Below are positions 1 to 10,100 of a stretch of 64,000 nucleotides of DNA, piece after piece. Origin of the DNA: a virus; IMG/VR virus record IMGVR_UViG_3300021197_000592, positions 34,439 through 98,438 of that record. One strand, 5' to 3'. The translations under genes and the position numbers were made by a program. The notes beneath the pieces are model-generated. The model was given only the letters and a program-made list of their open reading frames with translations. It had not been told where the DNA came from and did not search any database. Position 1 is the stretch's first letter, and each line of letters opens with the position of its first letter.

Positions 1-1
1 A

Positions 2-1468
2 GCAACGAACAGGGCCAACGGATTTGAAACTGAGTTACAAGATATGGTTTCGGGGTTGTATGTAGGATGCATGGCAACTGTAACCGATGACAGTAATTCT
101 GATTTAGAAACTGTAGCCATGATTACCGCCAATGACGGGGACAGCATAACTTTCGATAGGGATGTCGCTAATGCAACTAGCAATGTCCTACATGTGAGAA
201 TACATGCCTTTGGCGCACCTGTCCCAGCAAAGACGGTGAACTTAGGAAGCGCAGACAGGCCAGTTCTTCTAGGAGACAACTGGTTGGGTCTTGTAAACAG
301 CATCACTCCTCCAACGGTGGATGTCGAACTAGGAGAAGTTCCCCTAGCATTGACTGGTAGGAACATGGGGTTCAGATTCAAGAAGGGAGAGACTGTCACT
401 GGTGGTTCGATGGACTTGTCCATGAGCAACGGAATGTGGTTGTACTACGCACTAGGAAAAATAAATTCGGTAGGCCACACAAAGGGTGCTGCCGCAGATA
501 CTAACACAAATGATTTCGTGACTTTAGGAGATAACTCCACAACCTTCGTAAGAGCAGAGAGTAACAAATTGTATCCTCCTGTTTTCGCTCCAAGTAGTCA
601 AACTGATTATACTACGATGAAAGCACCGGCAAATGCCTTTGTTCTTGGAACCGGAGCGATAACATATGGTTTCTCTGAACACAATGGGGATACTCTGCCC
701 TCCTTCGCATTAGAAGTCACGATGGAGAAAGACGGTCTTGCCAATGCCAACTACTATGTTGGCTCTGAGGGGACAGACACGGATGACACCACTAGGCCAT
801 TCAAGGACATTTACTCAAGGATATTCACTGGATGTCAAGTGAACACACTAACGATGAACTTTGAGGAAGGGCAAGAACTCAAGGCAAACCTAGACCTAGT
901 GAGTAGAAGAGCATTCGATTCTCCAAATGGCTATGTTCCCAAGAAGAACCAGAGAAGCACAACCAGTCTCAAGAATTACTCAAGCACCGAGGCAGACAAC
1001 CAACCATACCTTTTCTCTGAGGGGTTGATTCAGGTGTTCGGACAGGATGTCGCTAGAGTGAAGAGTGGAAGTCTGACTATAAACAACAACATCGCACCTC
1101 AAAGATTCATCGGCACATACGACAGAGGAATAACATCTGCTCACATTCCCGGTGCTAGGACATACGAGGTTTCCCTGAATCTACTAGTGACCGACACGGA
1201 TGTGTGGGATAACTTGAGAGCGGCTAACGAACATGGCTCTGGTGAGACACTAACTCTCAAATTCACAAAATCAGCAAATGATATCATACAGATACAATTA
1301 CAGGACTACATAGTGCAATCACTAGACGTACCCTTCCCCGAAGACAAGGGACCAATCGAGTATGCAATCACGCTTACGGCTAGAACTCTAGTGGCGGGAA
1401 GCGGTGTGACTGGCACTCCTGCTGGAACGTTCTACAAAGGTAAGTGGGTAATTCAAAACATAGATTAG
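2..1468 (+). CDS. Major tail tube protein (5' end probably outside window)
   Basis: Frame is open from position 2. Phage_tail_tube-like motifs (LPSFALEV, FTGCQVNTLTMNF, SLTINNN, G-R-YEVSL). Lies immediately upstream of chaperone and tape-measure genes. Confidence 0.8.
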   Translation, partial: ATNRANGFETELQDMVSGLYVGCMATVTDDSNSDLETVAMITANDGDSITFDRDVANATSNVLHVRIHAFGAPVPAKTVNLGSADRPVLLGDNWLGLVNSITPPTVDVELGEVPLALTGRNMGFRFKKGETVTGGSMDLSMSNGMWLYYALGKINSVGHTKGAAADTNTNDFVTLGDNSTTFVRAESNKLYPPVFAPSSQTDYTTMKAPANAFVLGTGAITYGFSEHNGDTLPSFALEVTMEKDGLANANYYVGSEGTDTDDTTRPFKDIYSRIFTGCQVNTLTMNFEEGQELKANLDLVSRRAFDSPNGYVPKKNQRSTTSLKNYSSTEADNQPYLFSEGLIQVFGQDVARVKSGSLTINNNIAPQRFIGTYDRGITSAHIPGARTYEVSLNLLVTDTDVWDNLRAANEHGSGETLTLKFTKSANDIIQIQLQDYIVQSLDVPFPEDKGPIEYAITLTARTLVAGSGVTGTPAGTFYKGKWVIQNID

Positions 1469-1549
1469 GAGGGATATCAAGAGTAACGATATCTCTCAAA
1501 AACATTCCACCAACATCTGTTTGTTTGTTGGTTAGAAAAAAGGTGGAAT
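1469..1549 (+). promoter_or_regulatory. Intergenic hairpins, one occluding the chaperone RBS
   Basis: GAGGGATATC(1469-78)/GATATCTCTC(1488-97) stem. ATTCCACC(1504-11) is complementary to GGTGGAAT(1542-49), which contains the SD-like sequence before ATG 1555. Confidence 0.45.
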
Positions 1550-1554
1550 AAAAT

Positions 1555-1914
1555 ATGACAAATGTAGTAAATGATAAGAGTATGCTGTTCGCAAGAACAG
1601 AAACCGAATGCCATGAGTTGAGGGTCAGCCCTGACTCAGATGAAATAATGAAAGTGTGGGTAAAGGAACCTACTTGGCTTCAAGTCGAGAAGGCTACCTC
1701 TCAGTTGATGAAGGTAAATTCCAGAACCCAAGAGATGGAAGTTGACATGAACAGTCTCTACAAGTACCTAGTGACGGAGTTTGTAGAGAAGACAGAACCG
1801 CCATTAGAAGCGATAGACATGTTGAGGCTGAGTCCTTACATCGGCGCACAACTCAAGGAAGTCCTCCCAAATCCATTCATGGATGTGGAGGATGATATGG
1901 GAAAAGCAAGTTAA
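1555..1914 (+). CDS. Tail assembly chaperone (lambda gpG analogue)
   Basis: 119 aa, between tail tube and tape measure; ends with slippery G GGA AAA at 1899-1905. Confidence 0.8.
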   Translation: MTNVVNDKSMLFARTETECHELRVSPDSDEIMKVWVKEPTWLQVEKATSQLMKVNSRTQEMEVDMNSLYKYLVTEFVEKTEPPLEAIDMLRLSPYIGAQLKEVLPNPFMDVEDDMGKAS

Positions 1915-2117
1915 TTCAAAAGGCACTAAGAGGAGGAGAAATAGAACCGGAGTTAGCAATGAACATGATGCTATACTCCTACTGTAGAATATTCAATATC
2001 AATCCAATGGAGGCAAAGGATACACCGATTTCAAGAATGTTAGGAATGTTGCAGATACATGGGGAAGTTGAGACATACAAGAATGAAGAGTTAGAACGAA
2101 AAGCAAAGAAGAAGTGA
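1899..2117 (+). CDS. gpT-like -1 frameshift extension of tail chaperone (gpGT)
   Basis: The -1 frame is open from the slippery heptamer to TGA 2115-17 (SKLIQKALRGG...FNINPMEAKDTPISRMLGML...KAKKK) and fills the gap to the TMP start at 2122. Confidence 0.8.
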   Translation, partial: GKSKLIQKALRGGEIEPELAMNMMLYSYCRIFNINPMEAKDTPISRMLGMLQIHGEVETYKNEELERKAKKK

Positions 2118-2121
2118 GTGA

Positions 2122-3399
2122 ATGGCAACCAAGGAGATTTATTCGATATCTGCGGCTAACAAAGCACTTGCAAGTAGTTATGATGAGTTATCTGAGAGTC
2201 TTTTATTGAATGACAAATTTCTGAAAGGCTGGACTATTGTTGCTAGAATTACCTCTGGTAGTGCTTTTTGGAGGGCGCAAAACAAGATACGTGCAATTGC
2301 AGACGCTTATGCTGTTATGGATAAGGCACAGAAAGATAATATCGAAAGCATGAGCAAAGCCGCTGAGACAATGGAGATGTTGAGAAAGGCTCAGAAGAAA
2401 ATGCCAAAGCGTAGTGAAATCACTAAAAAGTTTGACCCCGAAGAAATTAGGAAGACCAAGGAATTCAAGAACCAAAGAAAGGCATTCGCTATGGCTTATG
2501 GTAGTGAGGAAAAAGGCGATAAAGCACTAGAAAGCCAAATCATAGGTCAACTGACAACCAACGAGGATGTGATGGCTGGTATGCATAAGAGACAAGCAGA
2601 GGCTATTCGATATCAGGCAATGGGTTGGAGATTGGACAAGAAACTCGCATTCAAGACCATGAAGTTCATGCAATTCGTTGGTGGCGTTCTGAAAATGTCT
2701 GCCAAGTTCTTAGGCAATGCATTGCTATGGTCGTTCCTTCTCATACTGCTCATCCCACTTGCACTCAAGTTCTTCAAGAACTTCAAGAACATTTTGGGAG
2801 AAATGGGCATATCATTAGGGTTGGAAGACATCAAGAAAGCGTTGAACTTTGCAGTTGATATACTCAAGACGTTGTTTGAAGTATTTCAATTGGCCTTCTC
2901 AGGGGATGTGGTAGGCGCGTTGAAATTGTATGTTGGTGAGATACTAATCCCAATATTCGGGTTGGTTATGAAAGCCCTTCCAAAGATAATACTAGTAGTA
3001 TCCGCTTTGTTTGGTGCATTTGTCAGAACTCTCATAGAAACGGCCAAGGCCATACCCGGTATCATAATGAAAGAATTAAAGGCATCATTATTCAAAGGCA
3101 TGAAATCTGGTTTGGGCGGCAGCGTAAGTAAAGGAAGGATGTTTGCAAGTGGAGGTACTTCGGCTGGCGGTATGGCTTTAGTCGGTGAAAGAGGACCGGA
3201 ACTGGTGAATCTCCCTCCCGGTGCTAGGGTGCATTCCAATGCCGCTAGTAGGAACATGGGCGGTGGAGGGGCGATACACGTTCATGTCAACGGCAGAGTG
3301 GGTGCATCTGATGCTGAGATAAGGGACATCGCTCAGAAGGTCGCTAGGGAAATCAAACTACAGATGAACAGAACAGGAAGCGCGGTAGGTAGATTCTGA
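2122..3399 (+). CDS. Tape measure protein (short, 425 aa)
   Basis: Position; helical, with hydrophobic/TM middle; C-terminal FASGG...ALVGERGPELV motif typical of TMPs. Confidence 0.8.
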   Translation: MATKEIYSISAANKALASSYDELSESLLLNDKFLKGWTIVARITSGSAFWRAQNKIRAIADAYAVMDKAQKDNIESMSKAAETMEMLRKAQKKMPKRSEITKKFDPEEIRKTKEFKNQRKAFAMAYGSEEKGDKALESQIIGQLTTNEDVMAGMHKRQAEAIRYQAMGWRLDKKLAFKTMKFMQFVGGVLKMSAKFLGNALLWSFLLILLIPLALKFFKNFKNILGEMGISLGLEDIKKALNFAVDILKTLFEVFQLAFSGDVVGALKLYVGEILIPIFGLVMKALPKIILVVSALFGAFVRTLIETAKAIPGIIMKELKASLFKGMKSGLGGSVSKGRMFASGGTSAGGMALVGERGPELVNLPPGARVHSNAASRNMGGGGAIHVHVNGRVGASDAEIRDIAQKVAREIKLQMNRTGSAVGRF

Positions 3400-4100
3400 T
3401 GACAGGTGAGAACTTCTCCAACTTTCAGGTGTTCCTAGAACTACAAAGAAGAAACGATGAGGGTATTGGAATACAAACCGGAAACGTGAACAGGATACCA
3501 CTGATGGCTGACTCAATCACCATAAACACATCAAAGACCGTGATGAACATGGGGGTTCCATTCTCAGGAGCCGTGACTGGTGAATCACTGAACCTAGCCT
3601 TTGACACTGGCATGGCACAGAAAACCGTGAATATCTCTGGTACTCTTCTAGGGCAGACGATAACGAAGAAGAGAGATGGTGAAGATGCGAAGAGCAGAAA
3701 ACTAACGTCATATGAACTGGCCCAGTTGATTCACACATATGTAGACTCAAGCGCATTCCAAGACGACCAAAGCCTGAACAAACTCATCATACTAATTCCA
3801 AGTAGGGTTAATCAGGCATTTGAATACAGAAATGCGGCAGATGAGGATAAGGATTTACTTGAGTTGCCTAAAATACCATTCACTTTCAAGAATCGTGGGT
3901 ATGACAACGTATTCACATCACAGGGTAGCAACGAGGAGTTCTACGCGGCATACACCGGCTCAGAAGCAGATTCTATAGGATTAATGGGTTTCATACGGTC
4001 TTTCAATACTACATTGACAGGAATGGATTTCCCAGCAGTTACATTTACTCTCGACTTTGAGGAGGCGTTCGTTCTCGCTGAGAACTTCTTGGATGGGTGA
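3399..4100 (+). CDS. Distal tail/baseplate hub-like protein
   Basis: Directly after TMP; tube-like beta motifs (VNISGTL, GFIRSFNTT, FTLDFEE). Confidence 0.5.
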   Translation: MTGENFSNFQVFLELQRRNDEGIGIQTGNVNRIPLMADSITINTSKTVMNMGVPFSGAVTGESLNLAFDTGMAQKTVNISGTLLGQTITKKRDGEDAKSRKLTSYELAQLIHTYVDSSAFQDDQSLNKLIILIPSRVNQAFEYRNAADEDKDLLELPKIPFTFKNRGYDNVFTSQGSNEEFYAAYTGSEADSIGLMGFIRSFNTTLTGMDFPAVTFTLDFEEAFVLAENFLDG

Positions 4101-7100
4101 ATATGGTCAATGCGTTTATTGAGAACTCGTACAAATTGGTATTTCCCCTAATGTCCAATGGGTATCTCAATCTTGATTACGACAAGGCTGTGAATCATGC
4201 GGCTGGTGCTGTTGAATCAAGTGGTGTTCTAGTTAACAATGGTAGTGGAATAGGAGCCACCTCTACAACAACGATAGCAGTTGATACTGTTGATGCTACA
4301 ACCAAGTTCTCAATCGAAGACAACGTGTTCGATGATACTGGTGCTTTGGTTGGAGTTGTAAGTGCAGTAACAGCCACACAGATAACACTGGTGGCAAACA
4401 ACGCAGTTGCATTGAACAACAATGAGAATCTCAAAAAAAACATAACACCAACGTCATCGTTGAGAGACAGAAGCATCTGGTCTGATAACGCTGACATAGG
4501 CATAGCAAACGGTTTCGTGTTAGAAGCCATAATTACCCCATACGATGTGAATGGAGCGGGTTCTAGGGCTTCGGGTAGGCATGGAGTGCTTGACTCCCAA
4601 AGAACGCCTCCATACCCCACAGATGCGATAACCGATAGAACGGTATACGAGAGTATAGATTACCTCGGTGCGTCTGCTTATCTAACTCAGAAGATGATGC
4701 TGTTTCACAATCAATATCTCAAGTTCTACTTGCAGAACACTACAAGCAGTTCTTACAATCAACCAGCAGAATACAAGTTGAAGGCTGAACTCAGCAATGC
4801 GGCTGGCTCCTCGGTTAGCATAGAGAGCGGTACTATCATCAGTGCGGATAGTGCCTTACAGGGATACTATGACGCAAGTGGATACTACAAAGGTCTGACT
4901 ACCAGTCATAGTAGGGTATCGGCATCTGCTAGTGGTAGTAATCCAAGCAACGTTGTGACCATTGGCACATTTGGTAATCTTGAGAAGAATACGAAGGCAA
5001 CTGGTCAGATTGTGGTTTCGGGTGATATAGCAAATTATATCAGTCCAGTTAACGCTACGGCTACTATAGGGATAGTAGATAGAAACGCATTGAACACTGA
5101 TGTATTTCCAGTGCTGGAACAGGGAGAGGTAGTCTTCGGTCCGACCAATCCGACAGATGCAGTATCGGCAGGTCTTATCAATAATCATATTCAACTAGTA
5201 CATGAGTTGGGCGGTGAAACAACAAAATGGTATGCTATAGCATCCGGAGGAAGTGTAAGCAATGGTGATGCTTTATCTGGTAACAATGGTGCTTTCACAT
5301 ATCCTAGTGGTTCCAGAGCATATCTGATAGGAGGCGATTTAGATACAACAGCATCTAATTTTGCAACTGCTGTAAATGCATATGATGCCGGTTTTGCTGG
5401 TACTGCTTCAAGTCCTAGAAACACGACAGACCTAAGCGGGGCCACCACAAAGAGCGTTACACTGACTGTAGTGCAAACTGCTTCTGCTCCAAACAGAATA
5501 GGCATCACTAGTGCCGCATTGACCACAGGCGCACAGGTTTCCAGTGGACAATTGAAGACAAACGATTTCAGTAGTGGTGCGGCGGTTGGTGCTGGACTTA
5601 ATGCCGGAGTCAATGAGTTGATTCTAGGTGAGTCTACTGGTTCAAATGACAACACAATCAACTACTTCACGATAACAGATAGTGCTGGTAATGTGAAGAA
5701 CTACTTTCCAGCACACGATTCATCTCAGTCTACTGGTTCTACTGGCACTAGGACATTAGATGACAGTAGCACTGTATCTGTGGTTTACTTCAATTTCGCA
5801 AGTAATGCAAGCAATACTACGGCGGCTATTGCATTAATATCAGCAATCAATGGGTCATCTGGACACCCAAGCACAATAACAGCACAGAACAACGGTAGTG
5901 GAAACATCGGATTATCTCATGATGTAACTGGAACTGCTGGTAACGGTGCGGCCTTAGCAAAGGCAAACATCGCTAACGGCGTAGGGACCATCTCTGGTGC
6001 TAATTTCACAGGAGGGGTCAATGAGGCAAATGCGACTAGCACCCCTTTCATACAACTAATAGACAACGAATCAAGCCCAACTACGAAGAAGTATGTCCCG
6101 GTAAAGAACGGGGATGCCTTGGGTAACGGAAATAACGGTGGAGGAAGCATCGGGGATGTCAGTGGTGGAATAGCGTTCCAAGAGGGAGGTAGTGCTTCTG
6201 CTACTGCTGATAATCTAAGAACTGCTATTGCTCATAGTAATGGTCACAATGGAACCATACTCACAGACTCAGCGGGTAGTGCTACAATCAACCTGACTCA
6301 GAACAAGATAGGTGCTAATACCGCCGCAATAACTCTAACCAATCTGCCTTCAAACATCAGCAGGACTAATTTCAGCGGTGGTGGAACACCCGATAACTTC
6401 CTTGGTCTGACAGATGCCGCTGGTACATTGAAGAAGTACAAGGCATCACAACATGAAACCACTGGAACAACAGATGGCACATATGTATTCTACAAAGCAG
6501 AAAGCAACAACGACACAACTGCCGCAAATCTAGAGACTGCTATAGACGGAGCAAATGGGCATAATGGTACTCTCATCACAACTAGAGCCAGCAATGCAGT
6601 TACAGTGAAGTTGAATCAAGCCGGAGCCGGAAGTTCAGCAGTAACAGAGAATGTCACAGGATTATCCACAAATCCAACTAGTGGAAATGGGTTCTCCACT
6701 AGCACTGCTAACACAGTTGAAGTCGGAAGCGGTGAAGCAGAGGGTATCAGTGCAGGAAACAAGATATACGATTCATCGACCACTCTCATAGGTACAGTGC
6801 AGAGCGTATCCGGAGATACAATCACGCTCGATGCCACACCTGCTACGGCTATTACTAGTACAGTATACACTGACCAATTGAAGGAGGCTCTATATCTTGA
6901 ACAGGTATACAAGGTAGCATTAGTATATACCAAAAGTACATTGTCTTTGTTTCTAAATGAGGAGTTAGTAAAGAAAGACACCCACACTCTCAATCCTTTC
7001 CATCTGCATCACAGTGATTGCAAGATAGGAAGGGGAGCGAACAACGCAGAGCAGTTCTTCGGTGAACTGTTTGAGATAGCAATGCACAAGGGAAAGAGGC

Positions 7101-7171
7101 CATCTTCCACACAAAAGACACTCACGCCGGGATTCTCGGACATCTTGTTTTACTATACGTTTGGTGAGTGA
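4097..7171 (+). CDS. Tail protein with interrupted LamG/ConA-like domain and internal repeats
   Basis: N-terminal FVLEAIITP and C-terminal KVALVY..LSLFLN..CKIGRG..FFGELFEIAM LamG strands flank G/S/T/N-rich repeats (TDxAGxxKxY; AxNLxTAIxxxNGHNG). Confidence 0.6.
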   Translation: MNMVNAFIENSYKLVFPLMSNGYLNLDYDKAVNHAAGAVESSGVLVNNGSGIGATSTTTIAVDTVDATTKFSIEDNVFDDTGALVGVVSAVTATQITLVANNAVALNNNENLKKNITPTSSLRDRSIWSDNADIGIANGFVLEAIITPYDVNGAGSRASGRHGVLDSQRTPPYPTDAITDRTVYESIDYLGASAYLTQKMMLFHNQYLKFYLQNTTSSSYNQPAEYKLKAELSNAAGSSVSIESGTIISADSALQGYYDASGYYKGLTTSHSRVSASASGSNPSNVVTIGTFGNLEKNTKATGQIVVSGDIANYISPVNATATIGIVDRNALNTDVFPVLEQGEVVFGPTNPTDAVSAGLINNHIQLVHELGGETTKWYAIASGGSVSNGDALSGNNGAFTYPSGSRAYLIGGDLDTTASNFATAVNAYDAGFAGTASSPRNTTDLSGATTKSVTLTVVQTASAPNRIGITSAALTTGAQVSSGQLKTNDFSSGAAVGAGLNAGVNELILGESTGSNDNTINYFTITDSAGNVKNYFPAHDSSQSTGSTGTRTLDDSSTVSVVYFNFASNASNTTAAIALISAINGSSGHPSTITAQNNGSGNIGLSHDVTGTAGNGAALAKANIANGVGTISGANFTGGVNEANATSTPFIQLIDNESSPTTKKYVPVKNGDALGNGNNGGGSIGDVSGGIAFQEGGSASATADNLRTAIAHSNGHNGTILTDSAGSATINLTQNKIGANTAAITLTNLPSNISRTNFSGGGTPDNFLGLTDAAGTLKKYKASQHETTGTTDGTYVFYKAESNNDTTAANLETAIDGANGHNGTLITTRASNAVTVKLNQAGAGSSAVTENVTGLSTNPTSGNGFSTSTANTVEVGSGEAEGISAGNKIYDSSTTLIGTVQSVSGDTITLDATPATAITSTVYTDQLKEALYLEQVYKVALVYTKSTLSLFLNEELVKKDTHTLNPFHLHHSDCKIGRGANNAEQFFGELFEIAMHKGKRPSSTQKTLTPGFSDILFYYTFGE

Positions 7172-10100
7172 ATGGGTACGACAGACAAGGGCAAGGCACT
7201 ATTCGTGATGAATGCTGGTAAAACGGAGTCAGACATCACAGACGACAGTACGTCATTTGACTATGGTGACCATGCTACGAAGAAAACAGAGGCATATCTA
7301 TCTACATCTGTAAATCCTCTATTCGTACAGAACAATCTACAGTACGAGAACTCATTAATAGGCACAGACTCTACGTGTGATTACAATAATGACCCTACTA
7401 TTACAATGGATGATACGTCTATTTTAGTAGTGGGAATGGGAGTTTCGGGAACTGGAATACCATCAGGAGCAACAGTTGCAAGCATCACCAATAGTACAAC
7501 ATTTGAGTTAAGTGTATCTACTACTGGTGGTGCTGTAACTAATGGCACACTTACTTTTAGCAAACTTGTCAATTCAGCGAACTTCATAGAGATAAGAAAG
7601 GACTCTCATGGCGGGTCTATCAGCAATGATTTGGCAGATAAGGTAGGAAACAGATTGTATCCCGGTAACACTACGCTGACTTCCTTCGCTCAGAACAGAA
7701 ATGAGACACATTCCTTCAAACTAAAAGTATTTGACTCACAGGTTGCTAACTCTGAAACAAACAGGAAGTTAGTCTACTCCACATCTAATTATCCTGCTAC
7801 CGAGGAGATAGGGCTGGATATAGAGAACTATGACTACTTCGTTCTCTTGAATCCCGATACGGTCCAGATGGGTGCTGATGCAGTAAGACCACACTTTGCA
7901 AAGGTAACTAGAATCATAACGTTCGATGAGTTTGGAGATGGCTTAGAGTTCAGTCCACCGTACCCAACCGAGGTTCCCCTCAACACCAAGTTTGAGATAT
8001 ACAAGGGACCAGCGAAGACCGCTACTGATATCGTAGCAGTCAGTTATGGATTGAGAGGAGATACATCCTCTTCTACTCCGAAGCATGATAGGGTCAATGT
8101 ATGCAGTAGACCAACTTGGTACTTCTATGATGAGAGACTGGATGAGAAAAACCAGTTGGATTACATGACCAAGTACAACGCTACTCATCTACGATGGTGG
8201 GGATACTCAACGAACATATCCATCACCGAGGTAAAGGAACACGCACAGTTCGCAGTCGGCTCTAACACTGTCAAGTTCATCACTAGTGGTAGCAGTGATA
8301 CAAACAAACTCTCTGTGGGTATGTCTCTGTTCAATGCCAGTGATGTGTATCTAGGAAACATAGAAAGCATATCAAGCAACGATGTACTTCTGGACTTTGC
8401 AAGAATAGCAGTCAGTGCGACCACATCTGACTTCAACGTGAAAGTAGGTAAGACGATACAGAATGTGATATTCAGGACAGAGGGCAAGTTTGACAATACG
8501 ATACCAAGTCTAGGTAAAGAGAGATTAGATGCTGTTCTTGTTGATGCGAATCTGACCAGTGACGACTCAAATTCTAGTGATTTCTATCGATGGCAAAATG
8601 CATTCCCGAAGATGCATCGCCATACAGCGAATTCAGATACAACCACTGCTACTACATTGGATGGTAATCTTACTGGACCCGGAAAGTATGTTACCTTTGA
8701 ATTAGCGAATTTTAAGAACAATAGGATTCCTCATGTTATAGATGCTATAGTTAACAATCCTCGCAATAAAATGAGCCAAATAGGAAAGTTCAGCATAATA
8801 GACAACAGTGGACTGCAACACTTGAAGGTTCAAGAAGAGGACGATTTGATTATTCAGAAAAATATCCACAATGATGATTTAAAATTAATCGCTTTTCATG
8901 GCACAGCAGCAAGGGATTCATCTAACACCTCCTTGATTGTATTGAGTGATATCAAGAAGGAAACTGAACTGAGAGCAATACTCTCAACAAACGACATCGT
9001 TGAGATTGATGGCTATCAGTATGTGGTCAATGCGGTAAACGCACAGTCTAGCGGTACGCAATCATTCACGGTAAAGGACAAGAAACTCAGGACTGCCAAT
9101 ACTTGGACTGGCAGTGCAGTAGCAGAGAACTTCACTGGAAAGACGCTGTTCTTGACTCCTTACACAGGAGTTCTCAATACGGAGTTAGAACCTGATACCG
9201 AGTTCAACTATACGCAAAGCAGGTTGAATATTGATGGCATCACCGTAGAGAAGGAGAAGACCAAACTCTACAACGCTAGATTGGTGAATGGCATATTCAA
9301 CGGTCACGACAATAAGATAGACTATGGTGACAGGGACAACAAGTATCTCAAGATGCAAGACTCAGACAGGGTGTTCTACCAAAGAAGTAATGAGAACCTC
9401 AGTCGTTTCTACTACTACAAAGGAGCATATGCAGTCAGTGACACTGTATTCACTGGGATAGTGGAGGATGTGACCAGTAGTGCGGAGAATGGCCTCAGTA
9501 CCCTGAACATCGTGGGCAGGGATGAGACATCCCAACTACTCACTCAAACCATCACTAGGGATACTTTGCTCTTGGATGATGTGGTGCATACCAATGTGCC
9601 ACCAACATTGAGTCACGCAACTACCCTGACTGGTTTCGCTACGGAGGACAGTGGCGTGAATGTCAATGGCGCATTGAGTGCCGGGGCTTACAATTCGATT
9701 GTCGTGGATGGTACTGACCCTAGAACTAAATTCGTGGTAGGTGATAAAATCTACAAAGACGATGGAACATTCATTGGTGTCATTACTGTTATGGCAAATG
9801 CCAATACAATCTCCTTAGACTCTGCTGATTTAAGCACAAGACCAGCACTGGCTGATAATCACAATCTGCACAAGTCTGTAATCATAGACAACGGACAAGT
9901 CGTTGAAACTCTTTCTGGTAATGTAAATGCAACTGGATACATTAGCCTGTCTCCGGGTGGACTAAGTGACCTTAACGTTGCTCCGAAAAGAGGAGGAATA
10001 CTGATGAACCAAGCGGGGGAGTTCGTTGGGGTTGTCAAGGACACAAGCAATAATAGCGTCTTGTATCTATTCAATTCGCCTGTTTCCACGGCTACAGTCA

